DNA of 48,017 bases, counting the filler, from Streblomastix strix (lineage: Eukaryota): the NCBI GenBank assembly GCA_008636045.1. It is 2 parts of 2 records of this genome, joined end to end, with 100 filler letters (N's around TTAATTAATTAA, not from the genome) between each part and the next. Parts side by side here need not be neighbours in the genome. Positions count along the whole stretch, not along the records: positions 1 to 23,987 come from SNRW01000251.1; 1 more part is not named here. One strand, given 5' to 3'. A program made the position numbers and the translations under genes. Position 1 is the stretch's first letter. Each line of letters begins with the position of its first letter. This document shows, piece after piece, positions 1 to 15,824 of the stretch. Below the pieces are notes generated by a model. It saw nothing but the letters and a program-made list of their open reading frames with translations, was not told the origin of the DNA and made no database searches.

Positions 1-116
<116 letters not shown>

Positions 117-658
117 CATTAACTAATTTATATCTTGTTTATGAAGATTTTGAAAATTATTTAAAGAAAATATTACTTTTTCGTTTTAATGCGATATACA
201 AATATTTATGAGTATTATTAAGAATTATAATATGTCAAATTTGCAAATTTAATTAAAGAAAAAATATCTACTTAGTAAATTATCAAATAGAACATGCACA
301 ATTGAGTGTAGAATAAATAAAAATAAAATTCATGTTTTTGTTGGTTTATATTTGATATTAAAAAATATTATCGATGATTAAACTATAATAAAAATGAAAA
401 TTTGTTAAATAAAATTAATTTGATTTATAATATGTATGCTTGATGGTGCCTGAAATAAAAGAAACTTTGGGAGAATCAGGGTAGACAATCTGAAAATAAG
501 TCCAATTGTAAAATATTTTGAATTATATCCTTACTTTTAATAACAATTAATATTGGTTGTTCAACAATACAAACTTGCACAAGCGCAAAATCAAGTGTTG
601 AAAAATAAAATAATTTATTAATATTCCTAAAATAATATATAAGAAAAATGAATTGAAC

Positions 659-3600
659 TCAAAGTTCTTTGGGTGTTAGCATTCCTAATATTAATTAAGT
701 GATTGTTGATGCTTGCGTAGTTATTTACTTTATCAATAAATTTGAACTTTGTGAAAATTCATTTGATTTTCCTTTAAATCCGATATTTTCATAATTATCG
801 CAATTCTACTTATTTTCGCATATCTGAAATTCAAACAATTGAAATGACTCAATTCCTCCGCTTTCTTCAATTCTCTCTTATAAAATATCAGAATTGAACA
901 AAGCGGATAATGAAGGATGCATTTTAGTAAAATTCTATTCAGATTTTGGCAATTAATGAATTTTAGTGATTTGAACTTGTTAATTTTTCTAAATTGGATT
1001 ATTATTCTTGTTTTTCTTATGATGATGATGCTTTCTCTTATTAATCCGCTAATATTCCCTCCCTTTACCATCTATATACACAGTATCAGTAGAATCATCC
1101 TCTATTTCTCCATAATTCAATTCACCATTCAAAGTCTTCTTAATCTGTATCTTATACATTCCAGGTGTGTTCATGGCTTTGTTCTTCTGTTTCTGAATTT
1201 CACTGACTTTCTGTAGCTCATTTGAGAGTATTTTGATTCTCTCTTTGTTTCGATCGGCATTTCTTTCCTTTCTGTAGTCATAGAAATACTCACAATCGCA
1301 TTCTTCGCTTTGTAGGCTATTTTCTTCTTCTTATTAACTATCATATTATTCGTCTTATTATTCATAATATTATTAATTTTATTTTTCAATTTGATTATTA
1401 GTTAAAGATTGGCCATTATCACAATAAAGTTATTTTCCTGTATTATTTTAAGCTAGTTATTTATTATGAAATTTGATTGCTAATTGATATTGATCGGGAT
1501 TTTATTTAAATTTCATTTATTATTCTTTTTCTTTTCCAAAATTTACAGAAGCTTCATTGTTCTTATTTAATATATAATTATTAGAATAATAAAATCTATT
1601 CACATTTTGATTTCTCACTAATGTTGGACTGTCGTTGTTAATATTATGTTATTATCTTTAATATTCCAGATCAAGTGACTAAATAACAAAATATTAAAAT
1701 ATAGTAATTATTATAAAACTCAAAATAATAGCAATTTAAATAAAAATTAAATGAATAATTAATTTACAAATAAGAATTCATAAAGAATTATATATCAATC
1801 AATTTAAAATAATATATAAATAATTTTAATACTCTTTCTTCTTTTTCTCTCATTTCAGCTTCTATTTCATCATCAACTTCAGAATTACTGAAAATCTATG
1901 ATTCTTTCTGTTGCTTCTTGACCATTGAAATATATCGACCATATATTTTGTCTCTTTCGTCCGTTTTTATTCTTTTTTACACAATTTTCGCATCTAATTT
2001 TCTGATAATCCTTTCTTTTTCAGCTTCAATCTGTTCTTCACTCATATTTTCGTATTTTTTCTTGTTTTTCGCGATTTTTTTCATCACTCTGTGGTTTTTC
2101 TTTCGGATTTCTTTATTTTCTGCTTCATCTGCACCTTCATTGAATTCGTAACGCTCGTATTCCCATAATTTCTGCAATCTGCGCCAAAACTATTTCTTTT
2201 CTTTCGCTATTTGTTGTCTGAAATTGCGCATTTTACCCCATTCTTCTTCTTTGAAGAGCTTTTTAAGTAGATTAATATAAAGAAATATTTAATGAATAAA
2301 TATTTAAAATTATAATATAAATATAAATCATTCAAAAATAAACAGCTTAATTATATCTACTTATTCATACTTCTCTTCTTCTGGCAATTCCATCTCTTTT
2401 CTCTTGTTTTAAAGTTTATATGAGAAGTGTCAATGAAAGAAGTGACTGAATAATAATAGAAAGATTAAATAAAAAATATCAATTTGTTTTTCATTTCATA
2501 TTAATTAATCTATTTAAATTAATATTTATATTTATACCTCGTATATAATATAATTATGCATGTAATTATTATCTATTACAAGAAGAAACTTCAATGAATG
2601 CGAATGTGGAATTTAACTCTAAGATTAATTGTGTTATTCTAATAGCTGCTATTATTAGATTGATTTGGGAATTTGTAATATATTAATAGGTTAATGACTA
2701 ATCTTGTCTTTCTATTTATTTTTCTTATTTGATTTAATTCTAACTTGTTTCTAAATAAAATCAGAATTTCTTTTCTGGTTTAATTAAACTTTATTAGTCA
2801 ATTAAAGTTCGTCGGTTTATTTAAAATTGTTATTTAATTCAATTTCATTATTTCGAAGATTTATTTTATCTTCAGTTTTTTCATCTTGTTATCTTATTGG
2901 TTCTAATTGAACAATTTATTTTTTATCACTAATGATTATTTAATTATTATTTAATGTTTATTCATAAATTTATGGTTATAATTTCTATTTCAATTTTAAT
3001 TTCTTAACATTTTATTTCTTTTTGCTTTTCTTTTATTATTTATTGAAAAACTTATTATTAATATTTGATCTTTATTTTTATGATTTACTTTTATATATTC
3101 TTTACCCAAGATTCTTCTCAATCATTTTTTCCCAATCATTTTAATTGGTTTATATTCGATTATCAGTGAAAAATGATTGAATAAGAACCGAAGCTATATC
3201 ATAATGAATGACCTTTATTATATATAATGAAATATAATAATAAATTATAGCAAAAAATATATTATCAATAAAATTAAATTAAATCATCATAAATATTATC
3301 CATTATTTATATCTATTTATTTTCAAGCATTATTTTAACAAACCATCTCCCTCTTGATTTTTCTTCCACCAAGAGCTCTGATCCATTGTAATATCTGAAG
3401 TGATAGAATTCGAATGTGAGTAATTGTCTGTGTTAATGAGAGCGATAACGACTGTTTTATGAATGTTAAGAAAAATGTATAAGAAAAAATATTTATTAAA
3501 CAAGTAGTTGATATAAAATTTTTAATAAATAAATAAAGTATAATTAAATCTACATAAATATTAGTTTTTTTTATAAATCATATATATTTTTTTAAGCAAA

Positions 3601-6600
3601 CCTGTGCCAGTGGTATCGTTTCTAAGCACTCATCAAAAAACAATTATTTCTGAACCTATTATTCCATCAAAACAATTTCTTACGATTTATTGTCTATCTA
3701 TCCCGAGAATTTTTACTGATAATTCTACAACTTCAACAATTTACTCTACAAAACATCTGGTTATTCATCTTACTATTAATTATTTGTAATACTCATAGAA
3801 GAACGTTGAGTCGAACATTATGATGAATTTTCAGATTAAAGCTAAATTTATTGTAATTATTGTTGCATTTATTATTCTGTTAATGATAATGATAAAGATG
3901 AATTTTTTAATGTTGATGGTGCAGATTCGGAAGAAGCAGAAGAAGAAGGAATGTTAAAAAGTGATTATTATTATTATTATGGCAAAGTTAAATTAGAAAA
4001 TATTTACATTTATTATGATGATGAAGATTATTTCAACTAAGTCTCTTTCTAATCTTGCAATGATGATTACTATGCATACGCTTTCATATTCACAAATGGG
4101 CTTCCAAAATGAGTTGACGACTGAAATGATGGAATTGTAGATGAATTTTATTCTAATGGAGTTGATGTTGAAATTAAAGAAGAAGAAGAAGATGATGATA
4201 ATGGAGAAGATGAAGAAGTGTAGTTTTGATTTCTGGGTGAAATTGAAGGTGATTTTATTGGAGGCTGTAATTGTGACAATGAAGAAGAAAAAGAAGAAGA
4301 AAATAATGTAGAAGATTAAGATTATTATTATGGTGATTATGATGATGAAGATGACGATTTATTTTATTGCGATGATAATGATGATGATTATTTATTTTGC
4401 AAATACTGGAATGGAGAAGCAGGAACTATTCCCTCAGGCGTGTAATTAACCAGATAATTACTGATGTCGTGCTATTTATTATTTTTTGGAGACAGAGTAA
4501 TAAATTTAGAAGGAGATGAATAAGGTTATGAAGAAGAAGATTAAGATGATTATGATTAAGGAGATGAAGGTTAAAAATACTGAGAAGTAAATAAAGCATA
4601 ATTCTATTGAGAATTTTGCTATTATAGTTGTAATTATTTTACTTTAGGAGATTATGATAGCGATTTCGTTGATTATGATAAATAAGATGATAATGAAGGT
4701 TAGTATTATGACGAAGGGGATTGCTATATAAGATTATCAATCATTTGCTAAGGTAACAAACGTAAAAACGAGTTTATATGGAAAATGTTCGAATTTTGGG
4801 ACTAAAACTGCTAAAATGAGTATGGAAACAAAGCTGATGGCTGTGGAACAAACTTTGATGTCCTGTGCTGGTGAGTAACTGATTAAATTTTGACTTTTTC
4901 TTGGTTTGATTCTTTATCAATATCTTTTGAATGATGAATCTATGGTTCATCTAAATCTGTCTTTGTGCTATCATTAATTTTTTTGTTCTGTTCAATATTT
5001 TAATGTGGAATTGAAGAAGATGATGATGAAGAAGAAGAAGATGAAGATGATGTTGTTGAAGATGATGAAGATGATGATGATGATGATGAAGATTAAGAAG
5101 ATGAAGAAATTTATGGACTTCCATGATACGAAGGATTGATGATTAAATTTTTTACTTTTGGTTATGCAGTTCTATGGTTTGCAATTAAAATTTAATATTA
5201 AGTTGGAGATGATGATGATGAGGAAGAAGATGATTATGAAGAAGAAGTAGATGAAGAAGAAGAAGAAGATGATGATGATAATAATGATGATGAAGAAGAA
5301 GAAGATTAAGAAGAAGATTATGAAGATGAAGATGATGAAGAAGAAGATGATGATGATTAAGAAGAAGATGATGATGATTAAGAAGAAGATGATGATGATT
5401 AAGAAGAAGATGATGATGATTAAGAAGAAGATGATGATGATTAAGAAGAAGATGATGATGATTAAGAAGAAGAAGATGATGATAATGAAGATTATTGTGG
5501 TTATAATGATTATTATGAATGTTACAATAAAGAAAAAGATAGTTTAATATTTGGCGGAATTGAATTTTATTATTATTTTTGTTATTGTTGTCTCATTTAT
5601 TATTATTTTGCATGTAACACTGATGTATATTAATCCACAACTCTCACAGTTTCAGGATCAAATTATTTTTCTATTGTTGATTTATTCATCTCTGGAGTTT
5701 ATATTTATTATTACTTCAAAAGTGAAGATTGTTCGTGCGTATTATTTATAGCCTGAATGAAGCAATCCATCATTTAATCTGCTTAAGTTGTAGATTTATA
5801 ATCATTATCTTTTTCTTTCTCTTTCTCTTAATATTTATGCTTTATTTTGTCTTTTTCAATAAAATTATTATTTTATTTTTCTTTTCCATTTTCTTTCTCT
5901 TTTTCTTTCTCTTTTTAAATTTCTCTATTCTAGTTCATTTCTCTAATAATCTTTCTCCTTATAATATTTTATACTATTTTCATCTTCCATAGCTGCTTCA
6001 AAACTTATTTTTTTCTTTCCTAGATTTGATTATCAGTCAATTAAGATATTGTAACTGAAGCAGTTGAAGAATTAGATGATGAAAAAGAAGTTAAATTTGT
6101 TGATGAACATGTTGATGTTGAAGTTGATGAAGAGGAAGTTGATTCTGTTGATGGAGATAGTTCAGGAGAAGTTTACGGAAGTAATTGAGGATGTATAATA
6201 TGGGATGTTTGAATTGATGATGAAGATGATGATGATGATGAAGAAGAAGAAGATGATGATTAAGAAGAAGATGATGATGAAGAAGATGTAATTAACGTTG
6301 TTGGAATACTTTATAACGAAGATAGTTATTATGAAGTTTATTATATTTGTATTTGTTCTTAAGCAGTTGATGCAATCTATTATTATTACTACGACTCTTT
6401 CTATACTTATTATATCAACTCCTACTATAATATCTATCCACTAACCTTATCTTCAATTTCCATCTATTTCCTGTCATTCTCCAACTTAACCTTAATCTCC
6501 TCTTTCTCCTTTTCTTTCTATCTCTCTCTTTCCTTTCTTCTTTCTCTGGCTTAATCCCTCTCTCTTTATTACTGCTGCTCTCTTTCAATCTGTCTCTCTT

Positions 6601-9600
6601 ATTCAGTTTTGAAGAGGTTACCTTGTTCCACTACACCGTTGACTAGTTATCCATCGTATATGGACATCTGCTGTCTTTGGAGCACGCGCTGGAGTTGCCG
6701 CTGTGTGTTGATCTGCCTGGCTCTGTTTGTGGTGTTGGTGCTTGTGTTGGATATGTTTCGGCTGAAGTCGATCAGATTCTGGATTTTGTGGTTGTTCTGG
6801 TAGGCCTTCTTTCTTAGTTTGTTTAGTTTTTGCGTATCTTATTGCATTTATTTTTATTATTTCTTAAATTATATCTATTAATCTTTATTAACCCTTTATA
6901 ACTCTTTTGAAACGTATTAATAATCTCTCCCGAATAAAGGAATACTCTAAATTGCAGGTAAGTTACTTATTCTATTTTAAATTTCCTCCATTTGTTGCAG
7001 AATTTTAATCTAATCCTATCTAATCAACTTTTATTTGCGTGAATGTGGAAACGCTGACAACAACTAAGTTTGAACTAACAATTGATGTGTCTCAACGCTG
7101 TTTGATAAGAAAGACTGTAAATTTGATGTATAATTAGAAGAAGATTACAAATTGTGTCTATTTGATCTCTAAAAAGAGTGTGAATAAGGAATTCGTGGAG
7201 AATTTATTATATTTGGTTGTGGGTTGTAATTAATAGGAGTAAATAATGATGGTTAGAATTGTGATAGAAATGGACTTGGTGATATTGGAAGAGTGAGTTA
7301 TAATGATGGAGAAGAAGAACTACTTGAAGGTGATGAAGATGAAGAGGATGACGATGAAGAAGTTAAAGATTATTATTATAACTATTATTGTATAATTGGT
7401 AATGGTAATCTAGGCGAAAAGACAGCTGATGGTGAATTCTAAGATTAAGAAGAAGATGAAGATGCAATTACAACTAATGATGTTGTGCCAACAAATGCTT
7501 CTGATTATTAATGAAGTTGATTATCATCAGATGTTTGTTGTAATTATTTGGATTTTTTGTTCCTTTTTCGAAATAGTGGTAAAATTGGTGATTCTTTCTA
7601 AGATGAGGGTGATTATAACGTTTAATTTGTTTACGATGAAAAAATAGAATACATTGTTGCTGAACCATCTGGCGATTGAAAAGTTTGTCTTTAAACTTGA
7701 TTTTCTTTTTCTTTCTCTTTTGATTTATCTTTCTTTTTATTCAAAAATGATTATTATTTGATTTTGTCGATTAATGAAGTAGATTATTTTTATTATTGAG
7801 AAATTTCATTAAATGGTTATGAAGATGAAGATTAAGATGTTGATAATGGTGATAATATCTATTATTATGGTTAGATAATTAATTATTATTATTATTATTT
7901 CTTAATAATCGATGATGATGAATAAGAAGTAGCTACTTCCTTCCATTGTTTTTCTGCAATCTGTTTTTTATATTCATTCCCTGATTAGAATGAAAATAAA
8001 GGAGAAGGAGGCAATGAAGATGAAGACGCAGATTATGCTTATGATGATGATGATTATGCAGTTGTTTATAAAGAAGAAGAAGATGATGTATGCGAATTTG
8101 TAGATGATAATGATTATTATGACATTGGAGTAGACGATTATGATAATCCTGGAGAATGATATTAGATCTGATTGAATAATGGAGAGAAAGCTGAATTTTA
8201 ATGATCCTAAGATTATTATTATTAAACTTATTAATATGAAGATGATGTAAGTTATTAATCAGAAAGTTGAAATTATTTATCAGGGAACAAGTTTGAATCT
8301 TGTGTTGAATTTTGTTTTCCAATTTATATATATTTATTTTCAGATTCTTTAAGTTTTTCATTATTTTCATCTATATCTGTATCAATTTAGTTATTACAAG
8401 TAACAAATAATTTATCTATCAATTTATCATCAACATTAAGATTATTTTATTATCCATCGCTATAATATTATTGATTATGTTTATGTTTACGGCGGTATTT
8501 ATGTTTATGCACATTTTTATCATGGGTTGTATTATCAATTTTATCTTCATTAAATTGGTTATCTTAATCTTCATCTGATCTTTATTCAACATGATTATTA
8601 TCAATTTCTTTTTAAGACTATTCTTCTATCAATTATTAATCTTCTTTATCATCAATTTCTTCAATAAAATATTATCTTTCTTTCGCATTTTCAATTTATC
8701 TTAAGTTTTCATTCATTAATTCAATATATTATTTTATATTCAAATATTGTTCAAGAAATGATGGTGAAGAAGATGATGGGGTTAAAATGACACTTTTCAT
8801 TAATATTCCTATTTGAATTTACTGTGTCTGTTTAATAGACTTATTTTGTATTTATTATTGCTATTATTATTGAATTGATAGTTATTCTGAATATTGAACC
8901 AATTTATGCTAAGAATTTAATGTTTGGAATTATTATTAATCTTATATTTGCGACAAAGGAGAATATGAATAAGAATATGAGCGAGAATGCAAAGGATGTA
9001 TTTAATTGGAAATTGAAGATTATTGCGGAGAAACAATAATTTCAGTAGAATGTTAATTATTACCAGATTTATTATCAACATCAATATTTTGTATTCTATC
9101 AATACTTTCTAAATCGATATCTATGTTTACAAAATCTAACTTGTAATTCACAAGTTAAAATAGCGCAGGTAGAAAATCAAAATCTATCGGAAGTAATGAA
9201 ATATCAAATAAATTATATTGTGGATATATTTACTAATTGGAAGATGAATAAGATAAAGTAGAAGATGAAGAAGAAAGTTATAATTTATTTTATGATGCTT
9301 AGTGTATTTACGATGAAATTGGATGTGAAAATGATCTAAAAGTCGACTAATTTGGTGATTATTTGATAAAATAAGGAGAAAGTTGCGTCTAATGTGAAAT
9401 AATTGGAGAGGAGTTTGAGAAAACATTAAGTGAAGATTGTTTTTTTAAATTTAATGGGGAGCTCAAATATAAATCTGAGCTTTTAGATGGTGAAGGAAAA
9501 GTTTAAAACTGTTAATATTATTAAGATATTTATGTAGGCGATGTGAAATTTGATTATAAATGTTGTATATGATTCAATTATTGTGGTAAAAGAAAAGATT

Positions 9601-12600
9601 TATTTTATTATTAATAAGATTATTATTATAATGCTGATAAAGGAGAAGTTTTAAATTAAGATGATTAATTTTATTGTTCTTATAATTATTGATGAGTTTA
9701 TTGAGCTATATATGCAATATTATCAGTATGAATGGAATTCTAATCAATCGTTAACTTTTAATTATTATTTGTATCTATATAATATTTAATTAATTATCTA
9801 AGAGTATTTTCTAAATTTATTCTTTTAATTTCATTTTTAGATTTAATATTGTTGGTCTATTAGTTTTTCTTTTTGTTGTTTTTATTATTATTTAATTCAA
9901 TTATATTTTACTCATTCAATATTTTCATTATTAATTTTTACATTTTTTATTTTTTAGTCATTTTTTAATTTTATTATTTCTTTTCTTTCTTTTTCATTAA
10001 ATCTGATTTTTCTTTATTTATAAGAAATTCTTCGTTTCTTTTATTCATCCTTTCATTTTTCTTTTGAATGTTCGATTGTTTTGTATATATTTTATAATTC
10101 ATGCATAAACTTTATACCAGTTTTTTATTCCCATACACTAACGTACTCAGAAACTGGAGAGCTGATTCTGCAAGAAATAAGAAAGATGGAGTAAAATGTG
10201 GAATATTTATAGATTATATTATTTGTTATTATTGAATTAATTACTTTTAACAATTGTTTGATTATGGGTGAATATTATCATTGAATTTATTTTCGATTTA
10301 AATTGTACTATCATCAATATTTTCTTGGGTTTGAAGATTAGGAAATTAAATTTTTGAAATATTAGCATTTAATTATTATTATTGTTGTTGTAATTATTAT
10401 TACTATTAAAATTATTATTCTTTATGAAATTAATCAGTATTTGAGAAACTTGCTGTTGCTTTAACCAAGGTAAACGGAGAAGAAGAAGATGATGATGATG
10501 ATTAAGACGATGAAAATGATTATTACAAAGATTTTTATAATAAAGGAGAATATTTATTAGAAATAGTATTAAATTGTGGTGTAAGATAAGAATTATGAAC
10601 AGTAAAAGAATGATCAAATGAATGAGGTAATGTTTAAGGTTATAAAGATGATAACGAACGAGTATGACGATTGTTAGTATGATTATTATTGGATAAAATA
10701 TTAATAGAAGTATAATTTGTTGTATTTTTGATTTGCGTATTATTTATATTTCTATTGTTTTTGTTTTTAAGAAAACTATATGGGTGTTGTATAGAATTGG
10801 ATGCAGTTATATGTTCTTAATGGTTTTATATTGATTATTATTATTATTATTGGTGTTTTTATTATTCTTACAATTAATGCAATTACGATTAAGATTATTC
10901 AAATTAGGATTATTGAGTATGCAAAAATTATTAAGGTGAAGAAGACGGATTCAAATCTTGGTTCAACTAAACTGGTGAATTCGTTTGTTAAGAAGTTTAT
11001 TAAGTTTATGACAATTGGAGTTATTAATTTTATTGAAGTTGTTATTATTACAATTTAGGATATTTATTATATCTGGGAGAATTATTATTATTATCTTCAT
11101 CTTATAAATTTAAATTTTAATCTTATTCTTCTTTATTTATCTCATTTCTTTCTACCAACTATTCATCCTAATTTTCTCTATTATTCATATTTTCAAATTT
11201 AATCTAATTCTCTTATTTATTTTCATTCCTTTCTCCAAAACTGATCTACTTGAATATTTCCACAACTCTTCTCATTATCTAATTTTCTTCAATCAAGAAT
11301 TTTTTGATCTCCTGTCGACCTTCGCATAATTCTGTCAGTGCAAGAAATGCAGATTGTTCAATTTGATCATCTATATACAGTGATGTGTATGTAGGTGGGG
11401 TTTAATCTATATTAAATGGTGATGATGATAAAGATTATTTATTTTATTATATTTTGAGATCTGGTGAAATTTATTGTTTATTTTGGGTTTGTGATTATAA
11501 GTGTGCTTTATTAATAGATGAAGATGATTATTAATGAAAATTGTTTGAATTGTATGGATATATATGTGAACTATGAATCGATTATTAATCATTATTATCA
11601 AATAAATTACTGCTGTTTTATTTATTTTATTTTTAATTGGAAGAATTAGAAGATGATGATGAAGAAGAAGAAGATAATGAAGAAATTGAAGATAATGATG
11701 AAATTGATTTAATTTCTGATATAGATGATAATGATGAAACTGAAATGGTATCATCATCTTATTAAGCTTAATTATTATTTTATTATTATTTTGTTTGAAT
11801 ATTATCTAAATTTTTATTTATTTTATCGTTTTATTTATATTAGTTATTCTAAGATTAATTAAATCTTGCTATCCTAGTCTGAATTGATTTATTTTTCTTT
11901 TGGTTTTGATTTTAATCAATTCTATTATAAATATTTTTATATTATTATTAACACGATGAAGATGATGATGAAGATGAAGATTATGTGAATGAAGAAGATG
12001 TCATTTCTGAACTGGATGAATCATTACCTTCATCAGAGCTAAAATGATTGTTTTATTTTCCCTCATTGATTTTGAAGTTAGAATTCTAATTTATTTCCTT
12101 ATTTATCATATTTTCAATATTTAATTATTTCTCGTTATTTTAATTATTTTAATATTCTATAATTTAATCTTACTATTACAATTCAATAAGAGGCAATGGT
12201 TTTCTAAATCTGAAAATGTGTTCAATAACTTGAGGTTATTATTTTATTTGCTCCTTTTATTATTTTTCATTGCTGCTATCATCATCGTCTTCATCTTCTT
12301 CATCATCTTCATCTTCTTTTTCTTCTTCAGATTATTATTATTCGTGTTATTTATTTTATGAAATTTCAATGACGCCCATCGTTTTTGTGATGTCTATCAT
12401 ATTATCTTTCAAATAATTATTATCGCTATTTTGGCAATTACCAAAATTATTCTCTTTCTCTTTTTCTTTTATATTAAAACTATCACTCTTAAGTCTTTTT
12501 TATTCAATTAATGATTCTTGTATCGCAAACTACAACATTTCATCTTCATTCATTTCAGCATCAGCATCTATTTTCATTTATGAATCCCCATCTTATTAAT

Positions 12601-14869
12601 ATTTTTTAATATCAGAATTTCTAATACTTTCAGTAGACCAATCATTATTCGAATCATCTTAATCATCACCTTCTTTATACAAATCTTAATCATCTTCATC
12701 TTCTTCTTCATCATCATCTTCATCTTCTTCTTCATCATCTTCATCTTCATCATCTTCATTATCTTCATCGTCTTCTTCATCTGATGTTTATTCTGAAGTA
12801 TCATCTGTTGAACTGCTACTTTAATCTTATGAATCATCTTCATCTTCTTCTTCTTCTTCATCATCATTATCATTGTTATCTTCTTGATTTTCTTCTTAAT
12901 TATCATCATTATCATTATCAATAGATTCTTGTGATTAAATAATTTAATCTGGGAGGACATGTCTTTATTCTTATTAATGTTATTGTTCGATTATTAAATG
13001 TTGTTCTTAATGCAATTTTGTAGTATTTATAGAATTATCCTTTTCTTTAACTATTTCGGATTCTTATTCTTATTTTATTTCTTTTATCAATTCATTTTAA
13101 TAATTATTTTCTTCTTACAATTATTAAAATATTGAATTTCTTTCTTTCAAATCATTATTATTTAATTATTAATTTTTAGTTGTCTTTTAATATTAACTTT
13201 CATTTTCAATATCTCCAAATGTTTTCTATTATATTATTTCATTCTATTCTTCTAAAACACTCACATTGCTATTAGCTCTTTCAACTTAATCATCTATTTG
13301 TGATTATTTAATAGTCTTATCAATCGTAATTTCAATTTTATTATTTTACTATTATTCTTATTATTTATCAACTTTAATTATAGTTATTATTTCATTTCGT
13401 ATTTATTCTTAATTTTAATTCTTATTCTAATTAGTATTCAGATTTAAATGTTATTCATAGTCATCCTCTTCAATCTGTCCATCTTCGACTTCTATCTCAA
13501 TCTATTCTTCTTCATCTTCTTCTTAATCGACATTTTTATTGATCTGATTTTCAGCAACTGTCAAAATCTTCGATTCTTGGTTGTTGATTATTTCTTTGTT
13601 TATATTGCTATTGTTGATGCTATTATTATAATTATTAAATAATTACAATTAAATTTCACATTCTTTTTCTTCAATGAATTTATTATTCTAATCAGTGAAT
13701 TCTTCTTAATTTGTTTTTCCTTATTAATTAGCAAATAAATCATTTACTACTATTTTATTCAGTTTTAATTTTCTTTTCAATTTATCAAACAATTTCATAA
13801 TTTACTTTACCTCTTTCTTTTTACTAGTTTAATTTATTTCCAATTAAGATTTAGTTGAATTTAATATATCAATTTTTTCTGATTTTTATTTCATTATCAA
13901 ATTAAATTAATCTTCGTTTTCTATTTATAAATCATTCAAATCATTATAATTGTCAAATGATTCTTTGAATTATTTTTCAAAATGAGATCTTCTTATGTAA
14001 TCAACTACTAATCTATGAACATGTCGATCAATCAATTTAGTTTGATTATCTGTAAAATAGGAATAAAATAATTTGTATTAAATATTTGAAGAAAGAAATT
14101 TAAAATAAATTAACAAATTAATAAAATTCTTATTAAATATAATTTAAATAGTACTGTAATTTTCTGCAGCGCATGCTAAAGCAATTAGTGTTCTTCGAAT
14201 TTCTGTTTATTTTTTCTTTCTCAACTCAAATTATTCATTTTCAGTCAAATTTTGAAACTATTTATCATTAATTATTAATTGGAAGTTGTTTTCAGAATTA
14301 TTATTTTCTTTTACTTCATTTAAATCATCATCATTCAGAACAGAGTGTATCCATCCATTCCAAATTCGTGTGTCACTCAATGTGTCTTCAATTTACTTCT
14401 TTTTAAGCATCAATCTAATTGGCATTATCCATCGAACTGCAACTGATTGAGCATTCAGACCTTTTTATTCAACTTTGCCTTCAAGATCGCCGTTTAGTGA
14501 ATCAAAGATTATTGCATCTAATATTGAGAGAAGACCAGAGAAACACGCAGATTGGAAGAAGATATTCTGTTGTTAACGACCAGCAAAATGAGCTCCCCTT
14601 TCACATATAGAACATATAAGCGATGTTAGTGATTCAAATTGTACGATTTTGTCGTTTGTTGTTTTCTATCTCATCTAATCCCAGCTTACATTTAATGTAT
14701 CTTTGAGACACTTCAGGAAATCTTGATCAACTGTTTAGGTAAGCTCATGCTCACACGCTGAAAGAATGCCTGCCTCAACAATTAGCATTTTTTAAGTATT
14801 CCATTTTCCTTATCTTAATTAATTTTTCGCTTCTTTAAGAGCATTGTTTAATTCATTCAAATTATTCAT
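659..14869 (-). CDS. Giant (~4,488 aa) hypothetical protein: ARM/HEAT-like helical segments separated by very long Ser/Gln/acidic low-complexity regions; 7 exons
   Basis: With TAR=Gln, exons 14869-14155, 14049-3602, 3451-3344, 3212-2538, 2445-2371, 2258-1833 and 1678-659 join in phase at GT-AG junctions (13,467 nt, 4,489 codons). Starts MNNLNELNNALKEAK and ends ILGMLTPKEL-TGA. Ordered helical segments include IRRTLIALACAAENY/NNQTKLIDRHVHRLVVDYI and SAFLALTELCEGRQEIKKFLIEEN. The long exon's frame was spot-checked at ~14040, 11340, 6780 and 3660, not codon by codon. Confidence 0.8.
5336..5466. repeat. 21-bp tandem repeat (GATTAAGAAGAAGATGATGAT, ~6 copies) encoding (SSSSSQS)n in the minus-strand gene
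   Basis: Directly visible. It appears as IKKKMMM repeats in the spurious + ORF 5251-5547. Confidence 0.9.
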
Positions 14870-15824
14870 TATTCAACTAAAAAAGACAAATTAAAATAAA
14901 TAATTCAATTTATATTATTTTTATTGTGATAATTATCATTTATCTAAATGTTCAGTTTTTGTTATTAAATGGCAAAATAATTAATAAAAGCTATGTATAA
15001 AATAAACTAAAATATTTTTTAATTAGAATTTCATTAAATATATAAAGTTTTGTAAAACCATATGAGTAGTAAATTGAAATTTTAATAAAAGGCTGAAATT
15101 TCTTTAAATAAAAATTAAATTACAAAAATTATATATATAATTAATTGGATTTATTAATTCAAATGTAATTAATATACGTATGTTACGAATAGTAAAGGAA
15201 TAAGAACGGTTAGACGATTTTTTGTTAATCAGGTATAAATTGAGTTTATCTCTGAAAAAAAATTAATGAAAATAATTCATTAATAAGGTTTTTAAATAAT
15301 GCACAATCTTTAAATACTTGTATGCTGGATGGATATTTTTCTTTTTTCTCCAATTAAGGAGCTGCTTTTTCTACTCATCTTGTAATTGAATTATTTCACC
15401 ATTTTAGTCTCAAGTACTTCTTGATTTTTCGCGCTGTTTCTACAATTTATATTAATTTTTATTATTTTCTATGGCTCTCTTGAACACATTTTTTTAAAAA
15501 ATTTATTATTGTAATGATTACCATCTATCTTTTCAATTTTATAGCATTATATTTTCTAATTATTCTTTTACTACAACAATTTTATACTACTTTTATGTAA
15601 TTTCAGCACGATTAATCACGTTATTGCTACTATTTTTCAATGAAATTTTCATTTAAAACATTGTAAAATGCGCAGACAATTGAAATTAATTTACATTTAT
15701 TATTAATTATTATTAATTATTTTCCGATAAATATAATTATCAAACATTTATATATAATTCTTTTTCATTTATGACCAAATATTATCTTTTTTTATTTTAA
15801 TATTTAAAAACTTAGAAATACCAA

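Noticed and set aside
659..1516. Separate single-exon gene starting at ATG 1516
   Set aside because: The frame stays open to an AG acceptor at 1678 and joins in phase with the upstream exon, so it is the last exon of the giant gene.
15300..15690. Coding-like minus-strand stretch upstream of the giant gene
   Set aside because: No consistent frame, splice pattern or recognisable motif.
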